Below, one piece after another: positions 45,529 to 45,957 of a DNA stretch of 45,957 nt. Both the position numbers and the translations under genes were made by a program. Each line of letters opens with the position of its first letter. Position 1 is the stretch's first letter. Below the pieces are notes generated by a model. It did no database searches, was not told the DNA's origin, and worked only from the letters and a program-made list of their open reading frames with translations. This DNA is from Verrucomicrobiota bacterium (GTDB taxonomy: Bacteria; Verrucomicrobiota; Verrucomicrobiia; Limisphaerales; CANJSG01): positions 1 through 45,957 of the forward strand of contig JBBQXJ010000034.1 in NCBI GenBank assembly GCA_038209745.1, given 5' to 3'.

Positions 45529-45957
45529 ATGACGACCCACGATTCCGAACTGCTGAAGGCCTATGCGGCGGACGGTTCCGAGCCGGCCTTCAACGAACTT
45601 GTCCGCCGCCACCTCGGCCTCGTCCATTCCGCCGCCCTGCGCCTGCTCGACGGCAACACCGCCGAAGCCGAGGACGTGGCCCAGACGGTCTTCACCGATC
45701 TGGCGCGGAAGGCCCACGAGCTCGCGTCCCACGGCAGCTTGGCGGGCTGGCTCCACACCAGCACGCGGTTCGCCGCCGGCAAGCTGCGGCGCACGGAACA
45801 GCGTCGGCGTCATCGAGAACAAACCACCATGAACCTGCCGACGCCCGACGATTCCAGCGCCGTCTGGGGGGAGATCCAGCCATTCCTCGACGACGCCCTG
45901 CATGAACTGCCCGATCCCGACCGCGAGGCCGTGTTGCTGCGGTTCTTCGAAAAACTT
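45529..45957 (+). CDS. ECF-type sigma-70 factor (3' truncated by window edge)
   Basis: Not in ORF track (no stop). ATG 45529: MTTHDSELLKAYAADGSEPAFNELVRRHLGLVHSAALR..AEDVAQTVFTDLARKA..LAGWLH..LDDALHELPDPDREAVLLRFFE. Confidence 0.92.
   Translation, partial: MTTHDSELLKAYAADGSEPAFNELVRRHLGLVHSAALRLLDGNTAEAEDVAQTVFTDLARKAHELASHGSLAGWLHTSTRFAAGKLRRTEQRRRHREQTTMNLPTPDDSSAVWGEIQPFLDDALHELPDPDREAVLLRFFEKL

Noticed and set aside
1..45957. CRISPR array, tRNA/rRNA, integrase or intact transposase
   Set aside because: No regularly spaced repeat-spacer array, cloverleaf or recombinase/transposase motif was seen by eye; tRNAscan/Infernal would be needed to exclude small RNAs.

Overview
GC-rich bacterial chromosomal window, most consistent with Verrucomicrobiota (inferred from GYF_2 paralogues, DUF1080 pair, exosortase/TIGR04073-like gene and a PVC-type ECF sigma factor). 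Contents in order: (1) a 13-gene, largely translationally coupled membrane operon with three GYF_2 proteins, DUF2752, Cys/His zinc fingers, DUF4129, DUF4350, MoxR, DUF58, SpoIIM and RDD; (2) an exosortase/beta-barrel/WcaJ-like exopolysaccharide locus; (3) MOSC, GT4, ispE, tatCA and tolQRAB-pal; (4) sugar-catabolism genes, aspS and a decayed RelE-type toxin-antitoxin pair; (5) a HAD hydrolase followed by a two-gene unit at 33430-36118; (6) Gfo/Idh/MocA, Hsp20-lon, LolA-like, TPR, two bPH_2 genes and a truncated ECF sigma factor. The most notable observation is the unit at 33430-36118. Its first protein carries two PmoC/AmoC-type metal motifs (D-x3-H-x12-H and D-x3-H-x13-H) followed by a PmoA-like half. 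The second protein has a predicted mature N-terminal His, PmoB-like topology and two His-rich domains. Together they are a candidate divergent copper membrane monooxygenase-like (CA-fusion + B-like) system. All family calls come from motif recognition by eye; no database search was run. No rRNA, tRNA, CRISPR array or intact transposase was recognised.
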